Position numbers and translations under genes: made by a program | The notes under the pieces: generated by a model | The model's input: the letters and a program-made list of their open reading frames with translations, nothing else | Told to the model about the DNA's origin: nothing | The model's database searches: none | Shown: piece after piece, positions 1-8,247 of the stretch | How the letters are laid out: each line of letters begins with the position of its first letter | How positions within the stretch are numbered: the first letter of the stretch is position 1 | Source of the DNA: a virus | Taxonomy: Duplodnaviria > Caudoviricetes | Virus record (IMG/VR): IMGVR_UViG_3300043468_000545 | Span: 1-58,472 of that record | Length of the DNA stretch: 58,472 nucleotides | Strand: one strand, 5' to 3'

Positions 1-249
1 TTTTGGATCCAGTTGTATGTGGATGTGATTCGGTATCGTCGAAAGATGTTTTCACGTAAGTAGGAAGACATCGAAAAAACGGTCGCACCTTTAGAAAAAT
101 CGGGTTTTTGTGGGCGGGGGACCCTATGCTTAACATTATCTCCACACACCACGACACGCCTTAAAGGTCATCCACCACACTGACTTTACCGAATGGATTC
201 TAAAAAAATCCGCAACAAAATTTTCACACTTTTAAAGTTCGAGGATAAC

Positions 250-471
250 ATGTCAGTAATCAAGTGTAAAATTACCAAACCATATGTCGAGCGTACGCTT
301 TATAGCGATTTTACATGGCACGTGTATAATGTAACGAGAGGACATATCGTGGCCTCTACCTACGATCAGCAAATGGCAGAAACTATTCTCTTTGCTATAC
401 AAGAATGTGGTTATTATAGAGACGAATATGCAATTACCGAAACGTGGAAAACACCGGAGCCAATGGTATGA
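250..471 (+). CDS. Hypothetical protein (73 aa)
   Basis: ORF 193..471; start moved to ATG 250 behind GAGGATAAC, the same RBS that precedes ATG 5710. Confidence 0.6.
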   Translation: MSVIKCKITKPYVERTLYSDFTWHVYNVTRGHIVASTYDQQMAETILFAIQECGYYRDEYAITETWKTPEPMV

Positions 472-821
472 TTGAGAAGATGATTGGGTTAACCTTCTCT
501 AAGATTAAAGGTTATGAAGACAGCGAAGAATTGAAGTTCGTTGGTGAGGGTGATACTCCTTCTTTTTTGTTCTATCATGAGCAAGATTGCTGCGAGGATG
601 TTCGTGTCGAGGAAATTATTGGTGATCTTGATGATTTGGTGGGTACACCGATTCTAGAGGCTCGTGAAGATACAGAGAGTGGTGATATGCAATATGAAAG
701 TGCTACTTGGACTTTCTATAACTTTCGTACCATTAAGGGATCTGTTACCATTCGTTGGTTGGGGACTTCTAATGGTTACTACTCTGAATCAGTGCAATGT
801 AGAATTATCCAAAATGATTGA
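468..821 (+). CDS. Conserved phage protein (DUF7448-like)
   Basis: Motifs YHEQDCCEDV, TWTFY and TIRWLGTSNGYYSE recognised as a widespread phage family; ATGA overlap with the upstream stop. Confidence 0.65.
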   Translation: MIEKMIGLTFSKIKGYEDSEELKFVGEGDTPSFLFYHEQDCCEDVRVEEIIGDLDDLVGTPILEAREDTESGDMQYESATWTFYNFRTIKGSVTIRWLGTSNGYYSESVQCRIIQND

Positions 822-927
822 TTTTCTCTGGACCTATGTAATATGGCCACTGGGTTTCCTGTTGGTTGCGCTTTTGTTCGCTTCGGTGTTCTTTGGTAAA
901 AACGATGATGATAGGAATGTGGGGTAA
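814..927 (+). CDS. Small single-TM membrane protein (37 aa)
   Basis: MIDFLWTYVIWPLGFLLVALLFASVFFGKNDDD; 3' part of track ORF 664..927. Confidence 0.5.
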   Translation: MIDFLWTYVIWPLGFLLVALLFASVFFGKNDDDRNVG

Positions 928-929
928 TT

Positions 930-1292
930 ATGATTAAAGTTGAACTGCCTTTTGAAGCTGTTGACGCTGTTCTTCTAGCAACACTGTATGATACCTATGA
1001 GACTTGCTATTACTGTATGAAAGAAGACATTGAGCTTGTCAAAAAAGATCCTCTAAGGTATGATTATAAGAGAGAAGATATAGCAGCGAATCAAAAGAAC
1101 CTGGAAGCTATGGAGACTGTCATCAAGTACTTTTCATATCCTAAAGAAGAAGTTGATGCCAAGCTGATGGCTATTCGACACCGTCGCTATTATAAGGTTC
1201 ACATTGCTAATGGTATGAGCCAGAGTTTATGTCGATTTGCGCTTTGCGAGAGGGAGAACAGCAATGAGATGGTTTCATTCAGCCGACCGTGA
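930..1292 (+). CDS. Hypothetical protein
   Basis: ORF with GGGG RBS, packed in the operon. Confidence 0.6.
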   Translation: MIKVELPFEAVDAVLLATLYDTYETCYYCMKEDIELVKKDPLRYDYKREDIAANQKNLEAMETVIKYFSYPKEEVDAKLMAIRHRRYYKVHIANGMSQSLCRFALCERENSNEMVSFSRP

Positions 1293-1743
1293 GACTTGGT
1301 ACGAGATGGTTGCCGAAAACCGATGGGATGCTATCCAGGAGGGTCTTGATTATTATGCTCTCAATGACGACTTCTACATTTGCCGTGCTGAATATAAAGA
1401 CTTCCCTTATGACGCCTTGTTTGATGTCTCAGACATGGTTGAGAGGGCAATAGTGGACCACTGTGACAGTTGGGGCGAGGATCAGGATTCAATTTTTGAG
1501 CGCGAGCCAACGCAAGATCAACTCCAACTCTTGGAGCATATGCTCTGCGACACATTCAAGGAATGGGTGGCAAAAGAAAATATAAAACTTGCTACGCCTT
1601 GGTTTTTCGAGAAGATAGAGGACGAAGAGCACATTGAGCCTGATTATTTCTGCTGGGTTTGGACAAAATATAAAGGCATCAAGCTTGGCGGATGGACATG
1701 GGAGGAAATTCGAGCGTCTGATAAATTAGTGAGAGGGGTATAG
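1264..1743 (+). CDS. Acidic hypothetical protein
   Basis: ORF 1237..1743; ATG 1264 follows GAGGGAG. Confidence 0.65.
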   Translation: MRWFHSADRETWYEMVAENRWDAIQEGLDYYALNDDFYICRAEYKDFPYDALFDVSDMVERAIVDHCDSWGEDQDSIFEREPTQDQLQLLEHMLCDTFKEWVAKENIKLATPWFFEKIEDEEHIEPDYFCWVWTKYKGIKLGGWTWEEIRASDKLVRGV

Positions 1744-1745
1744 AA

Positions 1746-1955
1746 ATGAGCGACAATACAAACTCAAAACTATTCAAAGAGTTTCATAAACAATATGAAC
1801 ATATGGATTTTGTAGATGAGCTCCTGAAGCATTTACGTCAAGGATTACGATATCTCGATATTCGTCAAACTCATTATATGGACTTCCCCATGGATAAGGA
1901 AATGTATACGTTTTTGATCGATCTTATAGAAGAGAAATATGGAAATGAACGTTGA
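1746..1955 (+). CDS. Hypothetical protein
   Basis: ORF with GAGGGG RBS. Confidence 0.6.
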   Translation: MSDNTNSKLFKEFHKQYEHMDFVDELLKHLRQGLRYLDIRQTHYMDFPMDKEMYTFLIDLIEEKYGNER

Positions 1956-2084
1956 TATATATTGTTAATGTGTCATTGCTCGCTAGATCCAATCGTGAGT
2001 ATTGGTGCTGTGAATATGTTATCGCTTACATCGGCTCTGCTGATTGCCCTGCTAGTGACTCCGAATTACGTATAGGTGAAATAG

Positions 2085-2291
2085 ATGTTTGATGCTCTTA
2101 AATTTATGATCATATGCTTTGTGTCTTTGACAATGGTTTTGTTCATTGACCTTATGTTTTCAGGTCCCAATCCATCTGAAGTTTATATGAAGGCATGTAG
2201 TGATGCTGGTGGTATTCCAGTTATCGTGGCAAAAGGACCTAATGTCTGTATTAATCCTGGTGCTGTCATAAAGGATATGGGTAATGACTGA
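2085..2291 (+). CDS. Small membrane-anchored protein with a Cys pair
   Basis: N-terminal hydrophobic helix followed by C..AGG...C; AGGTG RBS. Confidence 0.6.
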   Translation: MFDALKFMIICFVSLTMVLFIDLMFSGPNPSEVYMKACSDAGGIPVIVAKGPNVCINPGAVIKDMGND

Positions 2292-2472
2292 TTATACTAA
2301 ACTCAGCGATGAAGATCTTACAATTCAGTTTCAAATTCTTTGGAGCAGGTATATGTATTACCAGGCTGCAGAAGGTAATTGGAACCAGGAAACAGAGGCT
2401 CGTGGAGTTGCCAGTAAAGAATACTGGGAATGCCTAGCAGAATGCAAGGAACGTGGGCTTGAGGTGTATTAG
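2284..2472 (+). CDS. Hypothetical protein
   Basis: ORF with AAGGA RBS, overlapping its neighbours. Confidence 0.6.
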   Translation: MTDYTKLSDEDLTIQFQILWSRYMYYQAAEGNWNQETEARGVASKEYWECLAECKERGLEVY

Positions 2473-2728
2473 AAAATACCAGATAAACTCAATGCTTAAT
2501 CCTCTGATCGCCATGCCGAGAGGAGCGAAGATACTCAAACTTGCGCACAAGAAGTCAAACCCGTTTATTTGGGCAGAGGTGGATACTTCGAAACCGATTG
2601 TAAAAAGATTAGTAAGAACCTTTGAGACTGACCAAGAATTACCAGATGAGCCAGGTCTCTACTTGGGGACTGTGGAGGTTCTTGGTATGATCTTTCATTG
2701 TTTCGATGGTGGTGAAAAAAGTAGTTGA
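2459..2728 (+). CDS. Conserved phage protein (DUF7352-like)
   Basis: Pattern IRKYQI..MPRGAKIL..IWAEVD..YLGTV..FHCF; probable TTG start after AAGGA. Confidence 0.6.
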   Translation: MRCIRKYQINSMLNPLIAMPRGAKILKLAHKKSNPFIWAEVDTSKPIVKRLVRTFETDQELPDEPGLYLGTVEVLGMIFHCFDGGEKSS

Positions 2729-2753
2729 AGTAAACCGTCTCTAGAGGTATGAT
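2725..2753 (+). promoter_or_regulatory. Sigma70-type promoter
   Basis: TTGAAG-N17-TATGAT upstream of ORF 2806. Confidence 0.5.
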
Positions 2754-2805
2754 ATGTCGGCGTTGTTACTGCTATGGCAATTTTAATAAGTAAAGAGGAT
2801 AGGCG

Positions 2806-2991
2806 ATGAGTATTACGCGAGAAATATATGTCGATGAACTACCTAATGGGTTTCGCCTGACTGCTTATACTAAACATGAAGATGTTTTGTATTTTGATCA
2901 TGTATATGAGGGCGAACATTTTGAAACTTTACTAGAAGATTTCATCATTGATAACCCAGAATATAAGGAAGTGTCCGTTTCTTGGGCCTAA
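2806..2991 (+). CDS. Hypothetical protein
   Basis: ORF with GAGG RBS. Confidence 0.6.
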   Translation: MSITREIYVDELPNGFRLTAYTKHEDVLYFDHVYEGEHFETLLEDFIIDNPEYKEVSVSWA

Positions 2992-3018
2992 AGTATCAAT
3001 CCAATAAAAGGTAAGCAA

Positions 3019-3210
3019 ATGAAGATTCCTTACTATTACGTTTTAATGCATAAGAAAAAAAATGATGGTGGTGCGGTCCTTGGGTTTTATAGCACCTTGG
3101 ATGAAGCAGAAACAGCTAAACAGCATTTTTCTAGTCCTGACTCAAATAATTTCGTTCCTTTTGATGAAATGCAAATTATAGAAACAGATTCGACTCTAAG
3201 AAAAGTTTAA
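3019..3210 (+). CDS. Hypothetical protein
   Basis: ORF with AAGG RBS; VLGFYSTLDEAETAK motif typical of small phage proteins. Confidence 0.6.
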   Translation: MKIPYYYVLMHKKKNDGGAVLGFYSTLDEAETAKQHFSSPDSNNFVPFDEMQIIETDSTLRKV

Positions 3211-3222
3211 AAAGGATTTCGC

Positions 3223-3408
3223 ATGGCAAAAGCTTCTAAAAAATACAATCAGTGTAATTTGTTCGAATTTAAACCAGCTAATGATATTTCAGAAGAGGAA
3301 ATTATTGAGCTAGCTAATCTCATTCGTATTGGCATTTCCGGCGAAATTTTAAACAAAGCTTCTGATAATCTAAAGAAACATTTTGTACAAATTAAAAAGG
3401 CAGCTTGA
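3223..3408 (+). CDS. Hypothetical protein ending KKAA
   Basis: ORF with AAGGA RBS. Confidence 0.6.
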   Translation: MAKASKKYNQCNLFEFKPANDISEEEIIELANLIRIGISGEILNKASDNLKKHFVQIKKAA

Positions 3409-3418
3409 AGGATATATT

Positions 3419-3544
3419 ATGGTTATTGATCCGAAACTTGTTGTAGTGTTTTTGTTATTGTTGGGCACTTTCCAGCCTAGAGCAGCTTTTGCTTTATTGG
3501 CAGGATGGTTCGTATACCATAATTGGTATATGTTTTTTGTGTAA
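3419..3544 (+). CDS. Small hydrophobic membrane peptide (41 aa, not in track)
   Basis: Hand-translated MVIDPKLVVVFLLLLGTFQPRAAFALLAGWFVYHNWYMFFV; AAGGA RBS. Confidence 0.5.
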   Translation: MVIDPKLVVVFLLLLGTFQPRAAFALLAGWFVYHNWYMFFV

Positions 3545-3556
3545 AGGAGTGAGATT

Positions 3557-3709
3557 ATGAAATTGATTGCAGCGATTGTTTATATGTGTGTTGCTGGTGT
3601 ATGTACTGAGCAACATGTAGAAATTGAGCAGAAAGCATGTCATATTGGCACTCTCCATGGTAAAGTCATGGGCGCTGATGCTAAGTTTGGTGTTCGTTGT
3701 CAAGGATAA
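3557..3709 (+). CDS. Small Cys-rich, possibly exported peptide (50 aa, not in track)
   Basis: Hand-translated MKLIAAIVYMCVAGVCTEQHVEIEQKACHIG...VRCQG; AAGGAG RBS. Confidence 0.55.
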   Translation: MKLIAAIVYMCVAGVCTEQHVEIEQKACHIGTLHGKVMGADAKFGVRCQG

Positions 3710-3714
3710 TTAAA

Positions 3715-4035
3715 TTGAGCGCCAAGATCATACCATTCCCAAAATCACAAAAACAACTAGAATTAGAGGCAATGAGAGATTTTGTCAACAAGGCAAAGAC
3801 TGTCATTGCTCAATCTATTGCTGAAGACATGAAGCGATATGATGTTCCTAATGTGAATGGTATTCCTGTTGAAGAACCTAAAACAGCAAAACAGTATCTA
3901 GAAGTTGTTAAACAATTTGTAGAACCAGAAGATTACATGGATATTCTTTGCGGAATTATGGACAGAGAGCATTATGATGCTCTCGAGCGTCCTCTGCAAA
4001 GAATTGTCGAAGCATATTATTCATTCCCTAAATGA
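3715..4035 (+). CDS. Hypothetical protein
   Basis: ORF 3697..4035; probable TTG start at 3715 after AAGGA (MSAKIIPFPK). Confidence 0.6.
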   Translation: MSAKIIPFPKSQKQLELEAMRDFVNKAKTVIAQSIAEDMKRYDVPNVNGIPVEEPKTAKQYLEVVKQFVEPEDYMDILCGIMDREHYDALERPLQRIVEAYYSFPK

Positions 4036-4208
4036 ACGAAGAAAAAGAATTTTTGTTGGGTTTAGCTGTCCTATTAGGAACACTAATAATACCCAGTATA
4101 GATGAAACCTATATAACATCAAGAATGAAAGAATCTGGGCTTCGAATGGAAGTCCAATGTCATGATGAACCTAATAAATGTTGGATTCAGAAAAGGGTAC
4201 ACAAATGA
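4032..4208 (+). CDS. Small membrane-anchored protein (58 aa, not in track)
   Basis: Hand-translated MNEEKEFLLGLAVLLGTLIIP...CHDEPNKCWIQKRVHK; ATGA overlaps at both ends. Confidence 0.5.
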   Translation: MNEEKEFLLGLAVLLGTLIIPSIDETYITSRMKESGLRMEVQCHDEPNKCWIQKRVHK

Positions 4209-4417
4209 ATGATTGGCAATTTAGTAATCAGTTCTTCACAGAAGGTCGTATTCACTATGAATCAGGAGGTTCTGTAAAAGATTGTCCATATAATTATATG
4301 GACGTTGACCAGGAAGATGAAAGACAGATTCAAAACGAGCTATACCGTCAAAAAGAATGGCTCGCTGGTTTTCACTTCCAACACAAAGAGTCTTTACTCC
4401 AACTAAAGACTGCATAA
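4205..4417 (+). CDS. Ribosome modulation factor (Rmf/CrpP-fold)-like protein
   Basis: EGRIHYESGGSVKDCPY...RQKEWLAGF resembles the RMF pattern G-Y-x-A-G...CPY...W-L-x-G-W. Confidence 0.5.
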   Translation: MNDWQFSNQFFTEGRIHYESGGSVKDCPYNYMDVDQEDERQIQNELYRQKEWLAGFHFQHKESLLQLKTA

Positions 4418-4443
4418 TATAACTACCATATGGAGAGTATAAA

Positions 4444-4617
4444 ATGGAAGATGTTGTAATTAAGTTCGAACTAACTTTTGACGAAGCGAATGCTGTCATG
4501 TTTGCTTTGGGCAAGCTACCTTACGATCAGGTCGCTGGTCTCGTTGAGAAGCTACGCCAACAGGCTGCTCCTCAGCTACCCACTCAGCCTGCACCGGTCT
4601 CTGATTCTTCTGAATAA
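4444..4617 (+). CDS. Small protein (57 aa, not in track), paralog of 55565..55744
   Basis: Hand-translated MEDVVIKFELTFDEANAVMFALGKLPYDQVAGLVEKLRQQAAPQL...; GGAGAG RBS. Confidence 0.7.
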   Translation: MEDVVIKFELTFDEANAVMFALGKLPYDQVAGLVEKLRQQAAPQLPTQPAPVSDSSE

Positions 4618-4621
4618 GAGC

Positions 4622-4650
4622 TTGACTTTTTAAAAATATCGAGCTATACT
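4622..4650 (+). promoter_or_regulatory. Sigma70-type promoter
   Basis: TTGACT-N17-TATACT upstream of the DUF932 gene. Confidence 0.75.
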
Positions 4651-4684
4651 ATGTTTATGATGGTTGATGTGAAGGAGAACTAAA

Positions 4685-5662
4685 ATGGCTCATGAAATCG
4701 AATACCTCGACGGTAAGTATCAGATGGCTTATGCTGGAGGTGTTCCGTGGCATGGTCTCGGCGTAAAGGTCCCTAATGACCTTACGCCGGATCAGATGCT
4801 CGAAGCTGCTGGTTTGAACTGGGAAGTGCAGAAGTTTCCGACTTTTGCTATTCTCGACGAAAATGATCCGGATAGCGTAATCGAGACAAAGCAGTCTGCT
4901 CTTGTTCGTACGAAGGACAAGAAGCTGCTTGATGTTGTCTCCGATGACTGGAATCCTGTTCAGAACGCCGAAGCCTTTGATTTCTTTAACGAATTCGTTA
5001 TGGCTGGCGATATGGAGATGCATACTGCTGGATCGTTGAAGGGTGGACAGATCGTTTGGGGTCTTGCTAAGGTTAAGGACTCTTTCGAACTGTTTAAGGG
5101 CGATGTTATCGATTCTTATCTGCTTTTCTCTAACTTCCACAAGTATGGGTTTTCTACAGATGTTCGGTTCACTCCGATCCGTGTCGTTTGTAATAACACT
5201 TTGACTCTGTCTCTAAGTTCTTCTGTAGAACGAATGGCTAAGATTTCTCATCGTAAGCAGTTTAATCCCGCTAACGTGAAGAATATGCTTGGTATCGCTA
5301 CTGACAAGCTACAGAAGTATAAGGAGATGGCTCAGTTCCTTGGTTCTAAGAAGGCTAAGACTGAATCTGTTGTTGAGTATTTTGAGCGTATTTTCCCGCT
5401 GGCTAATGTCACAGAAGAAAATAAGTCAGAAGGCAAGCGTTCTAAGAATGCTAATATGGCTCTTGGTATTCTTGAAACTCAGCCTGGTGCAGAATACGCA
5501 GAGGGAAGCTGGTGGCAGGCATTTAATGCTGTTACTTTTATGACTGATCATGTTCTTGGTCGTACGGCTGATACTCGTCTGCAGTCTGCTTGGTATGGCT
5601 ACAATAAGGGTCTTAAGACCAAGGCTCTTGAGCTCGCTGTTGAGATGGCCGAAGCCGCTTGA
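4685..5662 (+). CDS. DUF932 family phage/plasmid protein
   Basis: MAHEIE..MAYAGGVPWHGLG, AGLNWEV, PVQNAEAFDFF, TAGSLKGG, TPIRVVCNNTL, WQAFNAVT; strong AAGGAG RBS. Confidence 0.85.
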   Translation: MAHEIEYLDGKYQMAYAGGVPWHGLGVKVPNDLTPDQMLEAAGLNWEVQKFPTFAILDENDPDSVIETKQSALVRTKDKKLLDVVSDDWNPVQNAEAFDFFNEFVMAGDMEMHTAGSLKGGQIVWGLAKVKDSFELFKGDVIDSYLLFSNFHKYGFSTDVRFTPIRVVCNNTLTLSLSSSVERMAKISHRKQFNPANVKNMLGIATDKLQKYKEMAQFLGSKKAKTESVVEYFERIFPLANVTEENKSEGKRSKNANMALGILETQPGAEYAEGSWWQAFNAVTFMTDHVLGRTADTRLQSAWYGYNKGLKTKALELAVEMAEAA

Positions 5663-5687
5663 CTTTTAATAAAAACTAAGTTATAAT
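5659..5687 (+). promoter_or_regulatory. Sigma70-type promoter
   Basis: TTGACT-N17-TATAAT; shares CTTGACTTTT with the promoter at 4621. Confidence 0.8.
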
Positions 5688-5709
5688 TCTATATAACTTG
5701 GAGGATAAC

Positions 5710-6843
5710 ATGGCTCGTCGACCCGCTCTTATTAAACGTAAACCGAAGATTACTCGCACGACTCGCTCGGAGCAGTATATCATTAATAAGAAGCATTTGG
5801 GCGACGAGCCAATTTTCACAAAGCCTCTTACAAAGGTGGATTACATCTATGCTCTGAATTGGTATAACTATATGTGCACCAATACAGAGGCCAAAGAATA
5901 CATTATAGACTATCTTAAAAATCTAGGACGTGTTAATGACGCGAAGAAAATCAAATCTGTTCCGGACAGTCTTATACCTACTACTGTTGCTTGGGTTTGT
6001 CGTCTTCTTGCCAGAGGGTGTAAGTTACCTACTGAAACACAAGATTATATAAACGATCGTATCAAACAAACATATAAATACATCCAGGAGCCCAAGGAAG
6101 AAGATAGTAAGCCAACGGTTTCTATTCAAGATCGCATGCGCGAGCGTACACACGATATTCTCGGTGAAATTGAGGGAATGATAGACGATTATATCTACAA
6201 TAATGTAGAATTTTCTCTTTATGAGTGGCTGCAGTCGAATAACATTCCGGCAGCATACGCTACTTCTATCATCTGCAAATTTACCCCAGTCTTAGATGAA
6301 TTGCTAGAAGCATATGAGGGTAAATGTGAACAACTCAAAGAAGGCTATCGTCATCTCAAGAAAGCCGAGATCAAAAATCTCGTCACATTCTACAACACTC
6401 TCATCGAAGACGCAGAGAGATATTGTTCGAATACAAAAAAGGTTAAGAAAGCTCGCAAGCCAAGAACGGTTTCGGTCGAAAAGAAAGTCAAGAATCTCAA
6501 GTATCAGAAGGAAGATCAAACTTACAAAATTGCTTCTGTTAGTCCAGAAAGAATTATTGGTGCGCAGGAATTGTGGACCTTCAATACAAGATATAAAAAT
6601 ATCACGGTATTCCGTGCGATCGATCGGGGTGGGTTACAAATTAAAGGTACTAGCATTACAAACTTTGATGAATCTAGTTCTATTACGAGATCAATTGGAC
6701 GAAAAGATCCCAACGAATTGGTCAAACGCATACTTGAGGGCGGAAAACTTGTTCTCCGCAAAGTCCTTGATGATCTCAAGACAGAGAAGCCTCTTGCGTA
6801 TCGTATCAACGAAAACACGATTTTATTGAGGGTGGTTACATGA
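5710..6843 (+). CDS. Basic hypothetical protein (377 aa)
   Basis: Long ORF, ATG 5710 after GGAGG, has its own promoter; function not recognised. Confidence 0.75.
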   Translation: MARRPALIKRKPKITRTTRSEQYIINKKHLGDEPIFTKPLTKVDYIYALNWYNYMCTNTEAKEYIIDYLKNLGRVNDAKKIKSVPDSLIPTTVAWVCRLLARGCKLPTETQDYINDRIKQTYKYIQEPKEEDSKPTVSIQDRMRERTHDILGEIEGMIDDYIYNNVEFSLYEWLQSNNIPAAYATSIICKFTPVLDELLEAYEGKCEQLKEGYRHLKKAEIKNLVTFYNTLIEDAERYCSNTKKVKKARKPRTVSVEKKVKNLKYQKEDQTYKIASVSPERIIGAQELWTFNTRYKNITVFRAIDRGGLQIKGTSITNFDESSSITRSIGRKDPNELVKRILEGGKLVLRKVLDDLKTEKPLAYRINENTILLRVVT

Positions 6844-7016
6844 ACGCCAACGAAGTAAAATTCTACGAAGACTTTAATGATATAAAGATCGTAGCAAAAT
6901 TCCTTCTAGAAAAAGAAGGAGTATCAAGAGAAGAAGCGATTAGTGCATTTTCTCGTATCACAAATTACGATGTTGCTTTGCTTAAGAACATTGTAAATAA
7001 TACCGAAAGGAAATAA
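6840..7016 (+). CDS. Hypothetical protein (58 aa, not in track)
   Basis: Hand-translated MNANEVKFYEDFNDIKIVAKFLLEKEG...; ATGA overlap. Confidence 0.55.
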   Translation: MNANEVKFYEDFNDIKIVAKFLLEKEGVSREEAISAFSRITNYDVALLKNIVNNTERK

Positions 7017-7017
7017 G

Positions 7018-7212
7018 ATGAATAAGATTATCTTATCGACCGTTGCTGCCATGCTTATGGGTGGTAGTGCATTTGCTGGCGACGTTATTGCGCCTCCAGT
7101 TTCAAAGTATGTAGAAGAAACTCCTCTGCCTCCGAAGCGTCCTACCAATTTTGGTAAGACCGACGAACAGAAGATCGCTCAGAAGGTTCAGGAAGTAACC
7201 ACAAGGAAGTAA
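7018..7212 (+). CDS. Exported small protein
   Basis: Sec signal MNKIILSTVAAMLMGGSAFA; Pro-rich PLPPKRP. Confidence 0.65.
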   Translation: MNKIILSTVAAMLMGGSAFAGDVIAPPVSKYVEETPLPPKRPTNFGKTDEQKIAQKVQEVTTRK

Positions 7213-7214
7213 TT

Positions 7215-7565
7215 ATGAAAAATATCATGTATAGCGTGGTGATTGCTTCAATGTTATCTGGCTCTGCTCTAGCAGCAGAGTCGGAATTGAAGTGTTATGA
7301 AAATAAAGTTTTCATGAAGATGATTGACGATAAGAATCTTTCTACCATTTATAATGGTTTTAAGGATGATAACCGAGTTTCTGAGATCATGATGTCTAAA
7401 GAAAGATATATCTACGTTGTAGAATATGATAAGGCTTCTGATGGTAATGCTTTTGCTGCTAAGCAATATTGTGTTACAACAATTCTAAAAAACGTAACAT
7501 TCAATGAATCTGCTATTGAATATCTTTATCAGCTTCTGGAAAAGGTGAGAGGACAAAAGACATGA
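7215..7565 (+). CDS. Exported protein
   Basis: Sec signal MKNIMYSVVIASMLSGSALA; Cys pair. Confidence 0.65.
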   Translation: MKNIMYSVVIASMLSGSALAAESELKCYENKVFMKMIDDKNLSTIYNGFKDDNRVSEIMMSKERYIYVVEYDKASDGNAFAAKQYCVTTILKNVTFNESAIEYLYQLLEKVRGQKT

Positions 7566-7852
7566 GTATTCTTGGACCAGATGGTGGCGTTGCTAATTTT
7601 CCTACACACGGGAAGGTCGAGAGGATAGAACCAATATGCGACATTCGCATGGTAATGTTTCCTAAGATGATGGTTCATCCAGAAACTAAACAGATGGTAA
7701 TGGTTCCTATGCAGGATTTTCAATATCAGCGCCAAGGTTCTAACGAATGGTTTTCTGTGGCTCTATATGAGACTGATAAGCATGAATTTAATCCGGAGAA
7801 TAAAAATGAAGAAGTATCTACTAGTAATTCTAGCGGGGTTATCCTTTCTTAG
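7562..7852 (+). CDS. Hypothetical protein
   Basis: ORF with GAGG RBS and ATGA overlap. Confidence 0.55.
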   Translation: MSILGPDGGVANFPTHGKVERIEPICDIRMVMFPKMMVHPETKQMVMVPMQDFQYQRQGSNEWFSVALYETDKHEFNPENKNEEVSTSNSSGVILS

Positions 7853-7928
7853 TTTGGTTGGCTGTTCAGCACTCGGAACAGTCGTCAAGTGCGCTGTACG
7901 GGATAGTAGTAATAGACCGTGCCAGTGA
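7806..7928 (+). CDS. Small lipoprotein (40 aa, not in track)
   Basis: Hand-translated MKKYLLVILAGLSFLSLVG-CSALG...; LVGC lipobox; GGAG RBS. Confidence 0.65.
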   Translation: MKKYLLVILAGLSFLSLVGCSALGTVVKCAVRDSSNRPCQ

Positions 7929-8239
7929 ACCACCGCATCCTCAAATTGAGGATTTTGAAAACACTCTTGATAATTAGTTCATTATTGAGTGGAACAGCAA
8001 TGGCATCGGAAGATATATCATGCGATAAGAAGGCTAGCGATAGCCATATCATCCACTGTAAAGCAAAGAAGGTGATGGATGTTTCGTTGGTTTCTATTAA
8101 CGGCGGCGATTGTAACGCTCCTACATTTCACTGGCATGGTAGCGGCGAGTTCTCCATTCCAGGAACAAAAGAATGTGGCTACGTTGGAGCAGTCACATTA
8201 TCAATCGACGGTCACAATAAAACCTTCGCCCCATTATAA
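7925..8239 (+). CDS. Exported Cys-rich protein
   Basis: Signal ...LLIISSLLSGTAMA; four Cys in the mature part; GTGA overlap start (start uncertain). Confidence 0.6.
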   Translation: MNHRILKLRILKTLLIISSLLSGTAMASEDISCDKKASDSHIIHCKAKKVMDVSLVSINGGDCNAPTFHWHGSGEFSIPGTKECGYVGAVTLSIDGHNKTFAPL

Positions 8240-8242
8240 ATA
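8235..8242 (+). promoter_or_regulatory. T4-type late promoter (gp55 sigma)
   Basis: TATAAATA immediately upstream of the tmRNA acceptor piece. Confidence 0.7.
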
Positions 8243-8247
8243 GAATT

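Noticed and set aside
1-249. Non-coding start with a weak hairpin and CA-rich tracts, as a possible origin or ncRNA
   Set aside because: No clear iterons, promoter or recognisable RNA fold; context is cut off by the window edge
6073-6080. TATAAATA inside the 377-aa gene
   Set aside because: Mid-gene, far from any start, and plausible by chance in AT-rich DNA
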